Below, piece after piece: positions 36,546 through 49,310 of a DNA stretch of 64,000 nt. Under the pieces are notes generated by a model. That model ran no database searches. It saw only the letters and a program-made list of their open reading frames with translations, and was not told the origin of the DNA. Made by a program: the position numbers and the translations under genes. Position 1 is the stretch's first letter, and each line of letters starts with the position of its first letter. This DNA comes from Welwitschia mirabilis (lineage: Eukaryota), in NCBI GenBank assembly GCA_051453625.1, contig JBOZIK010000001.1, forward strand, positions 454,143-518,142, written 5' to 3'.

Positions 36546-37049
36546 AGAGTAGTCTTACTACTTTCAAATGGGAAAAAAATTAGTGAATCAAGGAAAGTGT
36601 TGAAAATTCTAAATATTCTGAAATGTATGCTACAAAGGAAAAATTATAATATTCTTTAAGTAAAAAAAAACCCATACCATGAGAAAAATTGTTGTACAAT
36701 GTTAAAAGAATTTATCAGCTAACTACAAAGAAATAAATATAATGACGTTAATATGGTCATTTAGCATGTTAATAGACAACTGGAAAATGTCAGGCTATGC
36801 ATTGTTTGTAAAAGGACATAAGAAAACTTTGTTTAAAATCAAGCCACACAGTTTTGTAGGTCCAAATAGTTTTTCTATTATTTATTTTGAATATTTTTTG
36901 GAGACTGTCAATAATTATTTGATCGTTACCTTCTAATGTTTTATAATTGAAATAGATTTGAAGTGTTTTTCTTTCACTAGCTAAATTTAATTTTAAAGGA
37001 AAAAAATGTTGATAATAATATTAGATTTTGGAGCAATAAGTCTATGTAA

Positions 37050-37890
37050 TGTTGTTTGTAAAAAATGTTAAAGGTTTTTGAAAAACTATTGAATATTATT
37101 GTTCTAGTTCTGATCTCAAATGTGCAAGGAGGATTTGTGAAGGAAAAACATATTTTAAATCAAGTGAGTTTGGTTTGCAAAACCTTCCATGCAACTCACA
37201 AGTAGAAAAGACCTAATGTGACATTTAAACTAGATATGAGCAAAGCATATCATAAAGAAAGAGGACATTTTCTTGAAGCCCTTATTAAAACAAATTCATT
37301 TTTGAAAATTGAGACTAAAATTTTATTACGTTTTGAAAAATACCCAAGGGGTGCATTGGATAGAAGTTGTGCACCTCTTCATTTCACTCAATTATTTTGA
37401 AGGAGATTTGCATATATTTTAACTATAAAAATGGCATTTAAGAAGGTGGTATCTTGGAACTATTTTTTTCCTTCTTGTTGTTCAAGTTCTAGAAGCAACG
37501 ATTCACAAAGATTCAATGAATAATTCTTTAATGAGTATTTAAGTTGTAGAAATGTTTAATATGTTGATGACATCTTTATAAAATATAGAGGGAAAAATAA
37601 AGAATTTTCAAGATATTTGAGATAATTTACTATGCATTAATTAAATTTTCTATTTTAAATATTAATTTTTTAAAAATGTATCTTACAACTTTGACATGGA
37701 TCAAAAAGAAATTTATAAAATGCAAAAAGTTTCAAATTAATGAAACTAATGTAAAGAATTCTTAAAATTGCTAGAAAGAGTGAAGAAATAATCATGGAGC
37801 AATGCTTTTCACAAGAGGATCAAAAGATTAACAAAGTGCTAAGGTACTTTTCTTTCTTTAATAGAAAGAGTTCAATTGATACAAAGTTAT
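37050..37890 (+). mobile_element. L1-type LINE RT fragment, 5' part, interrupted by the Athila-like element
   Basis: SNVQGGFVKEKHILNQV and TFKLDMSKAYHK (ORF 37218-37400); ends ..RVQLIQS. Confidence 0.8.
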
Positions 37891-38993
37891 TATTGTGGTG
37901 CGTATTTGTGTAAACGATTACGCTCATGAAGATCTTGTCATTCACAACTAAAAATAGATATCTGCACAATACAACATACTAATATAGACAATAGTTGACT
38001 TGAATGTCGTAATCCATCGAAGGCTTAGGCTAGAGCAAGAGAATTGATTTCAACCAAGAAACATTTTGTATTCAACTTACAGAAATAAATTGCAATGCAG
38101 GAAAAGTACAGTGCAACACACTTATGCAAAGTTAATCTAGGAAAAGGAAATAACAATGCACCTAAATTAGTAATTCTCAACCTTGACAAAGGTTGCCCTC
38201 ATAACCTATATCACTTAAGAAACTATCACCGGATCATAATCAACATAAACTATGAGAATTAAGAATAAACAAGCATAGGAAATAGAAAAGAAGTCTTTGT
38301 ATTACTCAAACCACATCCTTCTTACAAAGTAGTTGCACCTCAATGGAGGAAGCTCCATCCAACACCCAGGAAGACATCTGTCTACAACTACAAGGATGGC
38401 TTTTAGATCCTTCGATCTCCTATTACGAGAGTTTCTAGTGCAAACAAAGACAAGATGAAGTCGAGGTGAAATCGATACTTATTGACACAAAGCACTCAAC
38501 AACAAGACAGACAAACAGACGTAGGAACAACCGTAACGACCACGCCAAAATGACATATAGACAAGTGGCAGAAGTTAGGTGATGTCTAGTGAGACATTAC
38601 AAAAGGTATAATCTGACTGGTCGTTCAGACAATATAGGTGATGATGCCACCTCATAAATGATTCACGTCAGCTGCCAGATTGATCATAGTCAACATCCTC
38701 ATTGGCATCAACTATTCTATCATCTATACTATCATCCAGATGATGAGGTGAACAATGGATTCCTATAAGTCTTCATCCAATGCATTTAACCTCAATGTTT
38801 GCGGGAAATCTATCTAAAAAATGAGAAGTATTAGAAACTACTCTAAATACTGCAAAATGTTATAGAGATTGTGTGTTTTTGTCTCTTTCATCTCAATTCT
38901 CCATTATCATGGAAATCAAGCATATACCTGTCTAATATCCTGTAAAACTACTCAAAATATCTTATCAAATATATATAAGTTGGCAGCACAACA
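37891..38993 (-). repeat. 3' LTR of the Athila-like element
   Basis: Colinear with 54200-55301; ends agcacaaca. Confidence 0.9.
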
Positions 38994-39008
38994 TAGCCCC
39001 CTACTTAG
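38994..39008 (-). promoter_or_regulatory. Polypurine tract
   Basis: Plus strand tagccccctacttag (ctaagtagggggcta on -) abuts the 3' LTR. Confidence 0.7.
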
Positions 39009-39449
39009 CATTATCAGTTCCTGACAAAACCAGGCGGTAAATCATGTTTATGAGCCAACTTGTTTAACTATAAAAACAACTAAGGTACTTAAGGATATTA
39101 TCTTAGAAAAATTTTCAAAAATCTCATATATACAAACTAAATTATGAGAAATTAGAAAACTGAACATTTCAGCTACTTTGAAAATCAGTCAAACCGTCGT
39201 CTGGATCGTCGTCTGGATGATGAGAGGGATGATAGGCTCAAAACAGGTCTTTGTAAATAGGAACCTGTGATAGAAGTTTTTTATATAGATAATCAGTAAA
39301 TGCACTAAAATCCTCCAACTGAATTATACAATAATGAAATAAAAGATCACCCAAATAAAATCAATCCTCATTAATCATATAAAAAAGACAGATAATCATG
39401 AAGATCAGATAAAGATAAGTACACCATAGTGACTAAAAAATGATATGTA

Positions 39450-40780
39450 TATATAATCAGTGAGTTTCAGTACCAAAATATAGAGAATAGGAGATACAAT
39501 ATAAGACAAAATCACTCCCCTTATTGTTGCACAATGAATTCAGTCTGGGCAGCTGGCTTAGGTGTAGAGGGAGAAGAGGGAAGATGCTCAAGATTTGCAA
39601 GGAAATATAGGTTGAAGGATGTAGAAATAGATTGGACTGTCTCATCGCCTTGGACACATACAACCTCTGGTATATCAACTGCCACACTTTGCTGAATAGA
39701 AATAACACACTGACGCACGTCGATAATCTGGTCCTCAAAGTGCTAGGCTCTGCTCTCAATGGTTAGGATTCTCTACTCTAATGTCTGCATCCTCTGATCA
39801 AGAGCTTGGATCTTATGGTTAAGTATCTAGATACCACGATTAATGAAAGCTCTAATGATCTTAGTGATCTCTGCCAGGAGGGCTTGAATCTGCTCAAGTA
39901 TGGTTTCAACCGTAGGTCTCTATACCTAAGGTTGCCTTGCCTCTCTTGGTACCTGTATGCCCATATCCTACAAATAGTCAGCTGAAGTCTGGATGTGAGA
40001 TAAGCGATGTTCGCCAATGGGCTATGGTATCCCAAATTATTTGAAAAGAGCTAAGAAAAGGCATTTGTAACCTAGAGTTTGTAACTGATGTGCCTTAACC
40101 ATGGATTTGAGTCTTCTCCAAATACATGTGGGAAGGTCCATATGCTTTTCTTATCTGAACACTGCTAGAATATGAAGGTATGCGACCATCACATGACTAT
40201 TATAAAAGGATGAGCTGATGTTATGGATCATTCCTCTGTGTAATACTCTATATGTAAGGGCCAGTTGAGTGCAAAGAACCCCCTGTCTATCCATCGTAAG
40301 ATCTGTTGGTATATCTAGTATAGGGCCATATGCACAGTGCTTTCTAGTCCCATTGACTGAATAAATATTTAGACTCCCAAGCCCACCAAGATCTGTGACT
40401 ACTGCAATATGGGATGGGAGAATCACTATCTCGTGGTCGCGTATGTATGCTACAATCATGTCCACTAATTGATCATGAGCATCTGGTCTATGCTCAATGT
40501 GCATGGTGTTGAAAAATTCCCTCGTCTCCGAAACATAATAAGATCCATCTGCATCAGTAACCCATTTAAGTTAGATATTTGTGAGCCTCTAATCTACCTC
40601 AAGCTCTATGCGGCTCATAAAGATGGATATTGGCAGTCTGTATAGTCAATAGTTATCCGTGTTGAGGTGGTGGATGTGCTGGCTCCACACGCTCTATCTC
40701 TGGTGGCACTATCAGGCCCACCTCCTACTCTTGGCTTATTTAGATGTACGTGTATAGGGCCTACTCAGTTTAAGATACAC
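39450..40780 (-). pseudogene. Athila env-like / ORF2 remnant
   Basis: Coding-like, GC-richer block between INT and the 3' LTR; ORF 40151-40504 (..LTYRVLHRGMIHNIS..) resembles Athila-type ORF2 text. Confidence 0.55.
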
Positions 40781-42999
40781 AAAAACATCATGTGAAAATG
40801 AAAAGATACGTCAAAGTACGTCACATAGATGCACAATAATGACCCTAAAAAATCGATTAAAAAATATGAAAAATGCTGAAAATATGTCCTTCCCTCCCCC
40901 AAAAACTACAATACATCTCGAATTGCCTAAACATAAGGAAAAAAAATGCCAAACGTATGAAAATTTGAAAATTTGTATTTTAAGTGGGCTTACATATGGT
41001 AAAAATTCGAAGTTCTCAAATGAAAAATCTAATCTAGTAAAATCGTAGAACACATTGAACTAATCAATTTTGTGTAAAGGACCATGACGTTTCTACCTAC
41101 GGTTTGCAAGAAAATGAGTGTGAAAGATTAAAAATTAAAAACTCCTAGTAAAACACACAATTGATCATAACTTGTAAAATATGCAGTGAAATTAAATCCG
41201 TAAGTTCCAAATTAAAGAGCACGAAAAACTAAGCAACGTATGTGAAAATTACGTGTTAAAAGAATGAAAAATGAGAGAAAATTTGAAAAACAAGAGGGAG
41301 ACAGAAACATACCTCATTTTGACAAATTTAATAAAATCTCGGAAATCTGGACACAAAAGCAAATGGAACTAGAGACAAGATGCTAACATAGTCTAGAGGG
41401 GTTGTCGTCTCTTAAAGGAATGACAAAAAATGACAAAGAAATGAGTAAAAATAAAAGGAAAAGTGTTTAGATCGCAGTTATATTGCAGTGTCGTCTGGTC
41501 GCGTCGTCCGGACAACAGCCCTAGATGACTCTCAGAACAAATTAGACTGTCGTCCTCCTAGTGTCATCTAGATGATAAGGTAGATGATAGGACAACAAAA
41601 ATTATTTGTAAAAATAAAGATATTAGCTAACAAAATTAGGCTCAGGTATGTCATCAAAGTATCAGATTTTATCAGAAAACTCAGAAAAAATAGAAAATGA
41701 AAAAGAAAAACATGAAAATCGAGAGAAAAAGTAAAAACTCACAATAAGAGAAAAACTATGGTTGAAGAAAATGGACTATCTAGGCTAAAACCTAATAATG
41801 AAAGCTAAGAAAATGTGCTCAAATAGAAAAGTAAAATAACATGAAATTTAGAACTCCAAAAAGTACAAGAATATCATGAAAACCATGAAACAGAAAAGAT
41901 GGTCTTTTGAATTTAAATGCTAACTAAAAATGATATGAACATGAATGAACAAAAAGGAGACTCCTAAATGATAAGGCCCCATGTAAGAATGAGAAAATGC
42001 AAAAACAACTTTAAAATAACAAAATCAAAAACCAAAGAAACACAGAATGAAAATGGAAATAAGGAACAAGAAGAAGATTGCTTGCCTATCCTAAGTTATA
42101 ACCTAGCAAACTCCCAAGCAAGACATCATAAAGGCACCTGAGTAAAAATGCATGGCAAAATGTATAAAATCCATAAAGTTCCACTCGAAAAGGTAGTGGT
42201 TACGATGATACCAAAACTCAAGTGCTTAGAATAATGAATGACAATATGAAAAGCTACTAAAAAAAATGAACTCACCTGTTCTCACCCCATAAACACACCC
42301 AAATCCTCAAAAGTAAAATAATCAAGTGGGAATACCAAAAGTCTAGGAAATAAGCAATGCTTCTGATGACACCAAGAATACCACTGATCCCATGGCCTTA
42401 AAGTTTATTACAACTTTTTCTATGATGAGGGAAATGCAACCACAGTCAGAGGAGTAAGGACCCACAAAGCATGGCCAAGTAACCCCCAATGAAATTCCCA
42501 CAGGTACCAACATTGCCAAAGATTCCTCTCGAAAAAATTTACCTTGGTATGGTAGAACATCATAGTGACCATGTATTTTTCTTTAAGCACAAAATACAAT
42601 AGAACATGGTCATTATTTCTTTTTCTTTCCTTCTTTTTCTTTGAAAAAATTCCCATATGATCACACACTCAAAAAGATAACGATGAATAAGTGAGAAAAA
42701 AGACAGGAAAAAACACTTCTAAAACTAAAGATATTACACCATTAGAAAAAAAGCATAAGAACTAAGAAATATTCATTCAAAGTGAAGTCCATAGACATGG
42801 GAATGTTTTAAGATTGGATGAATCTAATCTTATCACTGTAAAATGCCCAAGTATGAATCTAGTTATGAAAACTTCATAAAGTAATATATAAGTCAAGTTT
42901 AAAAGATGCTCAGGTGATATTATAACATCCACTAAAGGAATAAGCTAAGAAAGAACTTAGACAATGATAGGGAAGAAGTTCTCCTCATTGAGGAAAACC

Positions 43000-45900
43000 T
43001 CTAAAATAAGTGCTTCTACTATGTTTATGGTTACATGAAAGATCCTTTGTATAGTTTTAACCATTGTCTATTAACTTTCTAAATCTCCTTAATCTCTAAA
43101 TCTAATATCTTAACAGAGCCATTAGAATGTGTTTGCTTTACAAGATAAGAACCTAACCATTTAGAAGTCAACTTGTTATTCAAAAGATGTACTCTAGTAT
43201 TTATAAAATAATAAGTTGATTTGGTTTAAACTTTTTATGAAGTATATTTTTATTATGTTTGAACTTATCTTGGACTTTATGGATTAATTGATGATGTATA
43301 GCATGAGTTTGTTTTACATCAAGTGATCTAATTAGGCTAGTATATATTTAAGGGTTTCATGAAGGTCCATAAGATTAATTTTATGAAAAGCATAATAAGA
43401 GTTACAACAAACATTAATAGGTAAAACACAAACTTTCTCATACACAAGTTCATAAGGTGAAAAATCAAAAGAAGTATGTCAAGTAGTATGATAAGATTAA
43501 AGAACATCATTAGGCTTAGAAGAAAAAGATTTCTTATTAGTATAGACAAGTATTTATAATACTTTTTTAATTTCCCTGTAGGCATTTTTAGCCTATCCAT
43601 TAGTTTGAGGATGATAAGCATAAGCTACTCTATGTTCTATTCTAATGGACAAAAGAAGTTTCTTAAAAATATAATTAATAAAATAAGTTTCTTGATCACT
43701 AATGATAATTCTAGGAAAACCAAATCTTTGAAACATATAAGTTCTAAGAAAATGACAAATACTTTAGGCATCATTCAAAGAAGTATAAATAGATTTAACC
43801 CATTTAGTCACATAATCTATAGCCACTAAAATGTAATTTTTATCATGATAAGGTGGGTGAATAGGGCCTATAAAATTAATAGCCTAACAATCAAAATGTT
43901 CATACTCAAGAATAGGTTTAAGGAACATCTCTCGAGTATGAATAATACTACCATAACATTGATAAGGATTACATCTTTTAGCAAAATCAAAAGAATCCTA
44001 AAAAAGAGAAGGCCAACAAAAACTAGAATGAAGAATTTTTCATAGCCATTTTCTATCAATTAAAATGTCTTTCACAAATATCACCATGATAAAGATGAAA
44101 GATTTCATATTTTCCCAATCAGGCACACATTTTTGCATAATTTGATCTTTATACCTACGATACAAATGTGGCTTTATTCATTCATAGTCACCTATTCTAT
44201 GGAGAAAAGATTTGAATTGATTATAAGTCCAATATTATGATGTTTTTATGGTAACTAAGTAATTAATAATACCTACATACTAAGGAGGAGGATGAGTAGA
44301 AGATATAGCCAAAAGTTGCTCATCCAACAAAGAATCATGAATAATAAAATCATTAGGAGGAGAAGAAAGAAAAGACAAATGATCATCAACACAATTATGT
44401 TTCCCTGCTTTATCAATGATGGTTAAATTAAACTCTTACATAAGGGGGATTCAATTAATCAACCTAAGACTAGAATCTTTCTTAGTTATGAGTAATGAAT
44501 AACAACATGATTAGTACAAACATTTATATGAAAATCTAAAAGATAATGTCTAAGTGTATCAAAGCAAAAGATGATGACTAACATCTCCTTCTCTATAGTA
44601 GTATAATTCATTTAAGTTTTAGACAGATATTTGCTATTGTAAGATATAAATTTAAAATCATTTTCATATTTTTGATAAAGTACCCCATCAATAGCAAAAT
44701 TACTCATATTACACATCAATTCAAAGTATTTTTCTCGATTAGATTCTATTAAAATAGGAACATAAGAGAGTTTATGTTTAAGCCTATCAAAAGCAAGTTG
44801 ATAAGATTTATTTCATTCAAATTTAGCTTTTTTTCTCTAGTAATGAGTGAAAGGGCTTACAAATATTTACATAATCAAGAATAAACTAATGTAAAAATCA
44901 TAATAACCAAAAAAGGTCTAACCTAGTCACATTTGAAGGGGGATTTAGGTTTTAAATAATACCAACTTTTTTAGAGCCCATCCTAATCCCGTCTTTTAAA
45001 ATATGGTGGCTTAAAACAATTCCACTTTCCACTAAAAATAAATTCTTTTCTCAACTCAAATGTATGCCACTAGAAGTACATTAATCAAAGACTTTCTCTA
45101 ACCATTCTCATGTTTGTTCAAAAGTTTTAGCATAAATAGGGAAGTCAACCATAAAAATTTCTATTAAATCCTCTAGCATATCAGAAAAAATACATGTTAT
45201 AGCATGCTAAAAAGTATTGGGAGCATTACAGAGTCTAAAAGGCATGCATCTAAAGAAAAAGTGCCAAAATGTAAAGTGAAAGTAGTTTTGGCTTAATCCT
45301 CACTAGTAATAAAAACTTGATTGTAATAACTATATCCATCAAGAAAATAATAAAATGCATGTCCCAAAATCCTATTAAGTATCTAATCAAGAAAAGGCAA
45401 AGGACAGTAATCTTTTTTGGTTACTTCATTTAATTTTCTGAAATCTATGCACATTCTTTTTTTTCCAAAGGAATAATCCACTTACTTTTAGCTATATCAT
45501 AAATGATTGTGGCATCCATTAATTTTATGATTTCATCCTTAACAACTTACTTAAAAACTAGATTAAGTCTATGGTGGGATTGCTTAATAGGTTTTTCCTT
45601 ATCCTCAAGGTAAATTTTATGTTAAAAAAAATTGTTATGAGGCTAAGTGAATGCATTTACTTTAGATTATAAAAGAGAGATTAAACTTTAATCTTATTGA
45701 GGAGAAATATTTCCATTAATTATCAAAGGCTTGTTTAGATCACTATTCAAAAAAATGTATTTCATTCCACTCGATAAGATTTTTAGATTCAGATTTGAAT
45801 TTAGATTTTTTTTTTGGTTAAATTTTTAAAAAATTTACTATCATCTTAGACTATTCTCTTAAGGTTAGTATTAAATGATCACACTCAAAATATGAAATCT

Positions 45901-46778
45901 TAGTTTTGATCAAATCTCAAACTTTTGCATAGTTAACAAACTTATTCTCTCTACTCTCCAAATTAAAATAATCAACTTCCAGATGATTAAAATCAAGTTG
46001 ATTTTTATCTAAGACATAAAATTTATCTAATTTTAGTTGATTATCAAACAAAATTAATTCATAAAGCATTAACCATCTCTCCTAAAGTGGACGATGCTAT
46101 AAAAATAAAGTTGGCTTTATTTCTTCTTCTATACTCAAATCATTTTCTAAATCTTTTTAAGATGCATTAAAAATATTTATTAAAAAATTCTTATTTTCTA
46201 AATAACACTCTATTAAACCTGTCCTCATATCTATAATACAATGGGCTATTATATAAAAATCTCTACCTAGAAGTAAAGAATAACCACCATTATGTTCAAC
46301 TTTTATCATGACAACATCAATGGGTTAGAAAGATTCTTTAACCAAAATGACCAAATCCTTAATCACACCTAATGATTTTTTAACAAAAGTATCAGCCAAT
46401 TCTAAAACAATCCTTGGAGACTTTATTCTATGTTTGAACCCAAGTCTTTAATAACTGTGCAAGGGCATAATGTTGACACTAGCTCCAATATTAATCAAGG
46501 CTTTCTGAATCCTTATATTTCTCTCTAAAGTAATATTAATACTTGCTGCTCCCAAATATTTAAACTTTGGACATTTCTGTAAAAATAAATTACCAGTGGA
46601 TTAAGCTAGGAAGACTTTACTAAGGATTATTTATTTTTATTTCCTCCTAATTAGGTCTTTTTATAACTTAGAATACTTAGGATTCTCTTGGAAAAGTTTT
46701 CAAAATGGTAAATTGATACTTACATTTTACATTAAGGCTTTTATATGTTCATAAAAAGTAGGATTCATGTTCAATCTA
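43000..46778 (-). pseudogene. pol segment A (gag end-PR-RT-RH-INT) of the Athila-like element
   Basis: LINIGASVNIMP (~46480), IFMVDFP (~45150), RH ~44400-44900, INT ~43300-44100. Confidence 0.85.
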
Positions 46779-46878
46779 NNNNNNNNNNNNNNNNNNNNNN
46801 NNNNNNNNNNNNNNNNNNNNNNNNNNNNNNNNNNNNNNNNNNNNNNNNNNNNNNNNNNNNNNNNNNNNNNNNNNNNNN

Positions 46879-49210
46879 TAAGCACAAAATACAATAGAAC
46901 ATGGTCATTATTTCTTTTTCTCTTTCCCCCCCACCCCCTTATTCTCTTTGGAAAAGTTTCCACATGATCACACACTCAAATAGATGAAGGTGAATAAGTG
47001 AGATAAAAGATAGAAAAAACACTCCCAAACAACCAAATACCTTGATCATTGAATATAAAACACAAAAACTAAGACGTCTTCCTTCTAAGTGAAGTTCATA
47101 GACATGGGAATGTCTAAAGATTAGGTGAATCTAATTTTGCCACTGTAAAATGCCCAAGTACAAATACTAGTCATGAAAAACTTTATAAAGCAACATATAA
47201 GTCAAGTTTAAAAGATGATTAGGTGACATCATAACATTCACCAAAGAAATAAGCTAAGAAAGAACTCAAACAATGATAGAAAGGAAGTCTTCCTCATCAA
47301 GGAAAATCTCCAACAAGTTCTTCTACCATGTTCATGGTTACATTGAAAGATCCTTCATATAGTTTCAACCATTATCCATTAACCTTTTGAATCTCCCTAA
47401 TTTCTAAGTCTAAAACCTCAATGGTGTCATTAGAATATAAAAGAACAAGTTGACCTGGTTCAAACTTTTTATGAAGTATCTTTTTATCATGTTTGAACTT
47501 AGCTTAGGCTTTATGGATTAATTGACAATGTATAGCACGGATTCGTTTTTCATCAAGGTGGTCTAATTAGGCTAATCTATGTTTAAGGTTTTTATGAAGG
47601 TCCATAAGATTAAGTTGATAATGAGCATGATAAGAGTTATAGCATACATCAATAGGTAAAACACAAACTTTTTCATATATAAGTTCATAAGGTGAAAAAC
47701 CAAGAGAAGTACGCCAAGTAGTACGATAAGCCTAAAGAATATAGTTAAGCTTAGAAGCCCAAGATTTCTTATTAATAGAGACAAGTTTTTATAACATTTC
47801 TTTAATTTCTCTGTTGGCATTTTCAGCCTGTCCATTAGTCTGAGGATGATAAGCACAAGCTACTCTATGTTCTATTCTAATGGACAACAGAAGTTTTCTA
47901 AAAAGCTGATTAATAAAATGAATTCCTTGATCACTAATGATAATTCTAGAAAAACCAAATTTCTAAAAAATATAAGTTCTAAAAAAATGACAAACAGTTC
48001 AGACATCATTTGAAGAAGTAGGAATGGCTTCAATCTGTTTAGTCACATAATCTACAACCACTAAAATTTAATGATTATTAGAAGAAGGTGGGCGAATAGG
48101 GCCTATGAAATCAATATCCTAACAATAAAAAATTTACACTCAAGAATAGGTCTAAAAGGCATCTCCTAAGAATGAATAAGGCTACCATAACGCTGATAAG
48201 GATCACACCTTCTAGCAAAATCAAAGAAATCCTGAAAAAGAGTAGGCCGATAAAAACCAGAATGGAGAATTTTAATAGCTGTTTTTTTGCCTACTAAAGT
48301 ATCCTCCACAAATACCACCATGATAAAGATGAAGGATTTTAGGTTTTTTCCCAACCAGCCACACATTTTGTCATAATTTATTCTTTACATCTATGATACA
48401 AATGTGGTCACTCATAGTCATCTATTCTATGAAGAAAATATTTGCATTGATTATAAGTCCAATGTTATGATGTTTTCATTATCACAAGGTAAGTAATAAT
48501 ATCCGCATACCAAGAAGAAGGATAAGTAGAAGATATAACAAAAATTTGTTCATCCGAAAAAGAATTATTAATAATAGAATCATCAGGAGGAGAAGAAAAA
48601 CGAGACAAATGATTAGCAACATAATTATGCTTCCTTGCTTTATCTATGATGGTTAAATTAAACTCTTATACAAGGAAGATTTACCTAATCAATCTAGTAC
48701 TAGAAACTTTCTTAGTCATGAGGTAATGAATGGCAGTATGATTAGTATAAACATTTGTATGAAAGCCTAAAAGATAATGTCTAAGTATATCAAGGCAAAA
48801 GATGATCTAACATTTTCTTCTCTGTAGTAGTTTAATTCATTTGAGTTTCAGATAGAGATTTTCTATGGTAAGATATAACTTTAAAATCATTTTCATATTT
48901 TTGACAAAGTACCCCACCTATAGCAAAATTACTTGCATCACACATTAATTTAAAGTCTTTTTCCCAATTGAACCTGTTGAAATAGGAGTATAAGAAAGGT
49001 TACATTTAAGCCTATCAAAAGCAAGTTGACAAGATTCATTCCATTCAAATTTAGCTTTTTGTTTAGTAACAAGTAAAAGGGTTTACAAATATTTGCATAA
49101 TCATGAATAAACCAATAGCAAAAATCACAGTAACAAAGAAAAGATCTAACATGTTGTACATCAGTAGGGGGATTTAGGTTTTGAATAATACTAAATTTTT
49201 CAGAATTCAT
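46879..49210 (-). pseudogene. pol segment B (RH-INT-3' UTR) between two gaps
   Basis: ORFs 48950-49324, 48166-48366 (KTAIKILHSGFYRPTLFQD..RRCDPYQR) and 47572-47856; paralogous to 42580-45000. Confidence 0.85.
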
Positions 49211-49310
49211 NNNNNNNNNNNNNNNNNNNNNNNNNNNNNNNNNNNNNNNNNNNNNNNNNNNNNNNNNNNNNNNNNNNNNNNNNNNNNNNNNNNNNNNNNN
49301 NNNNNNNNNN

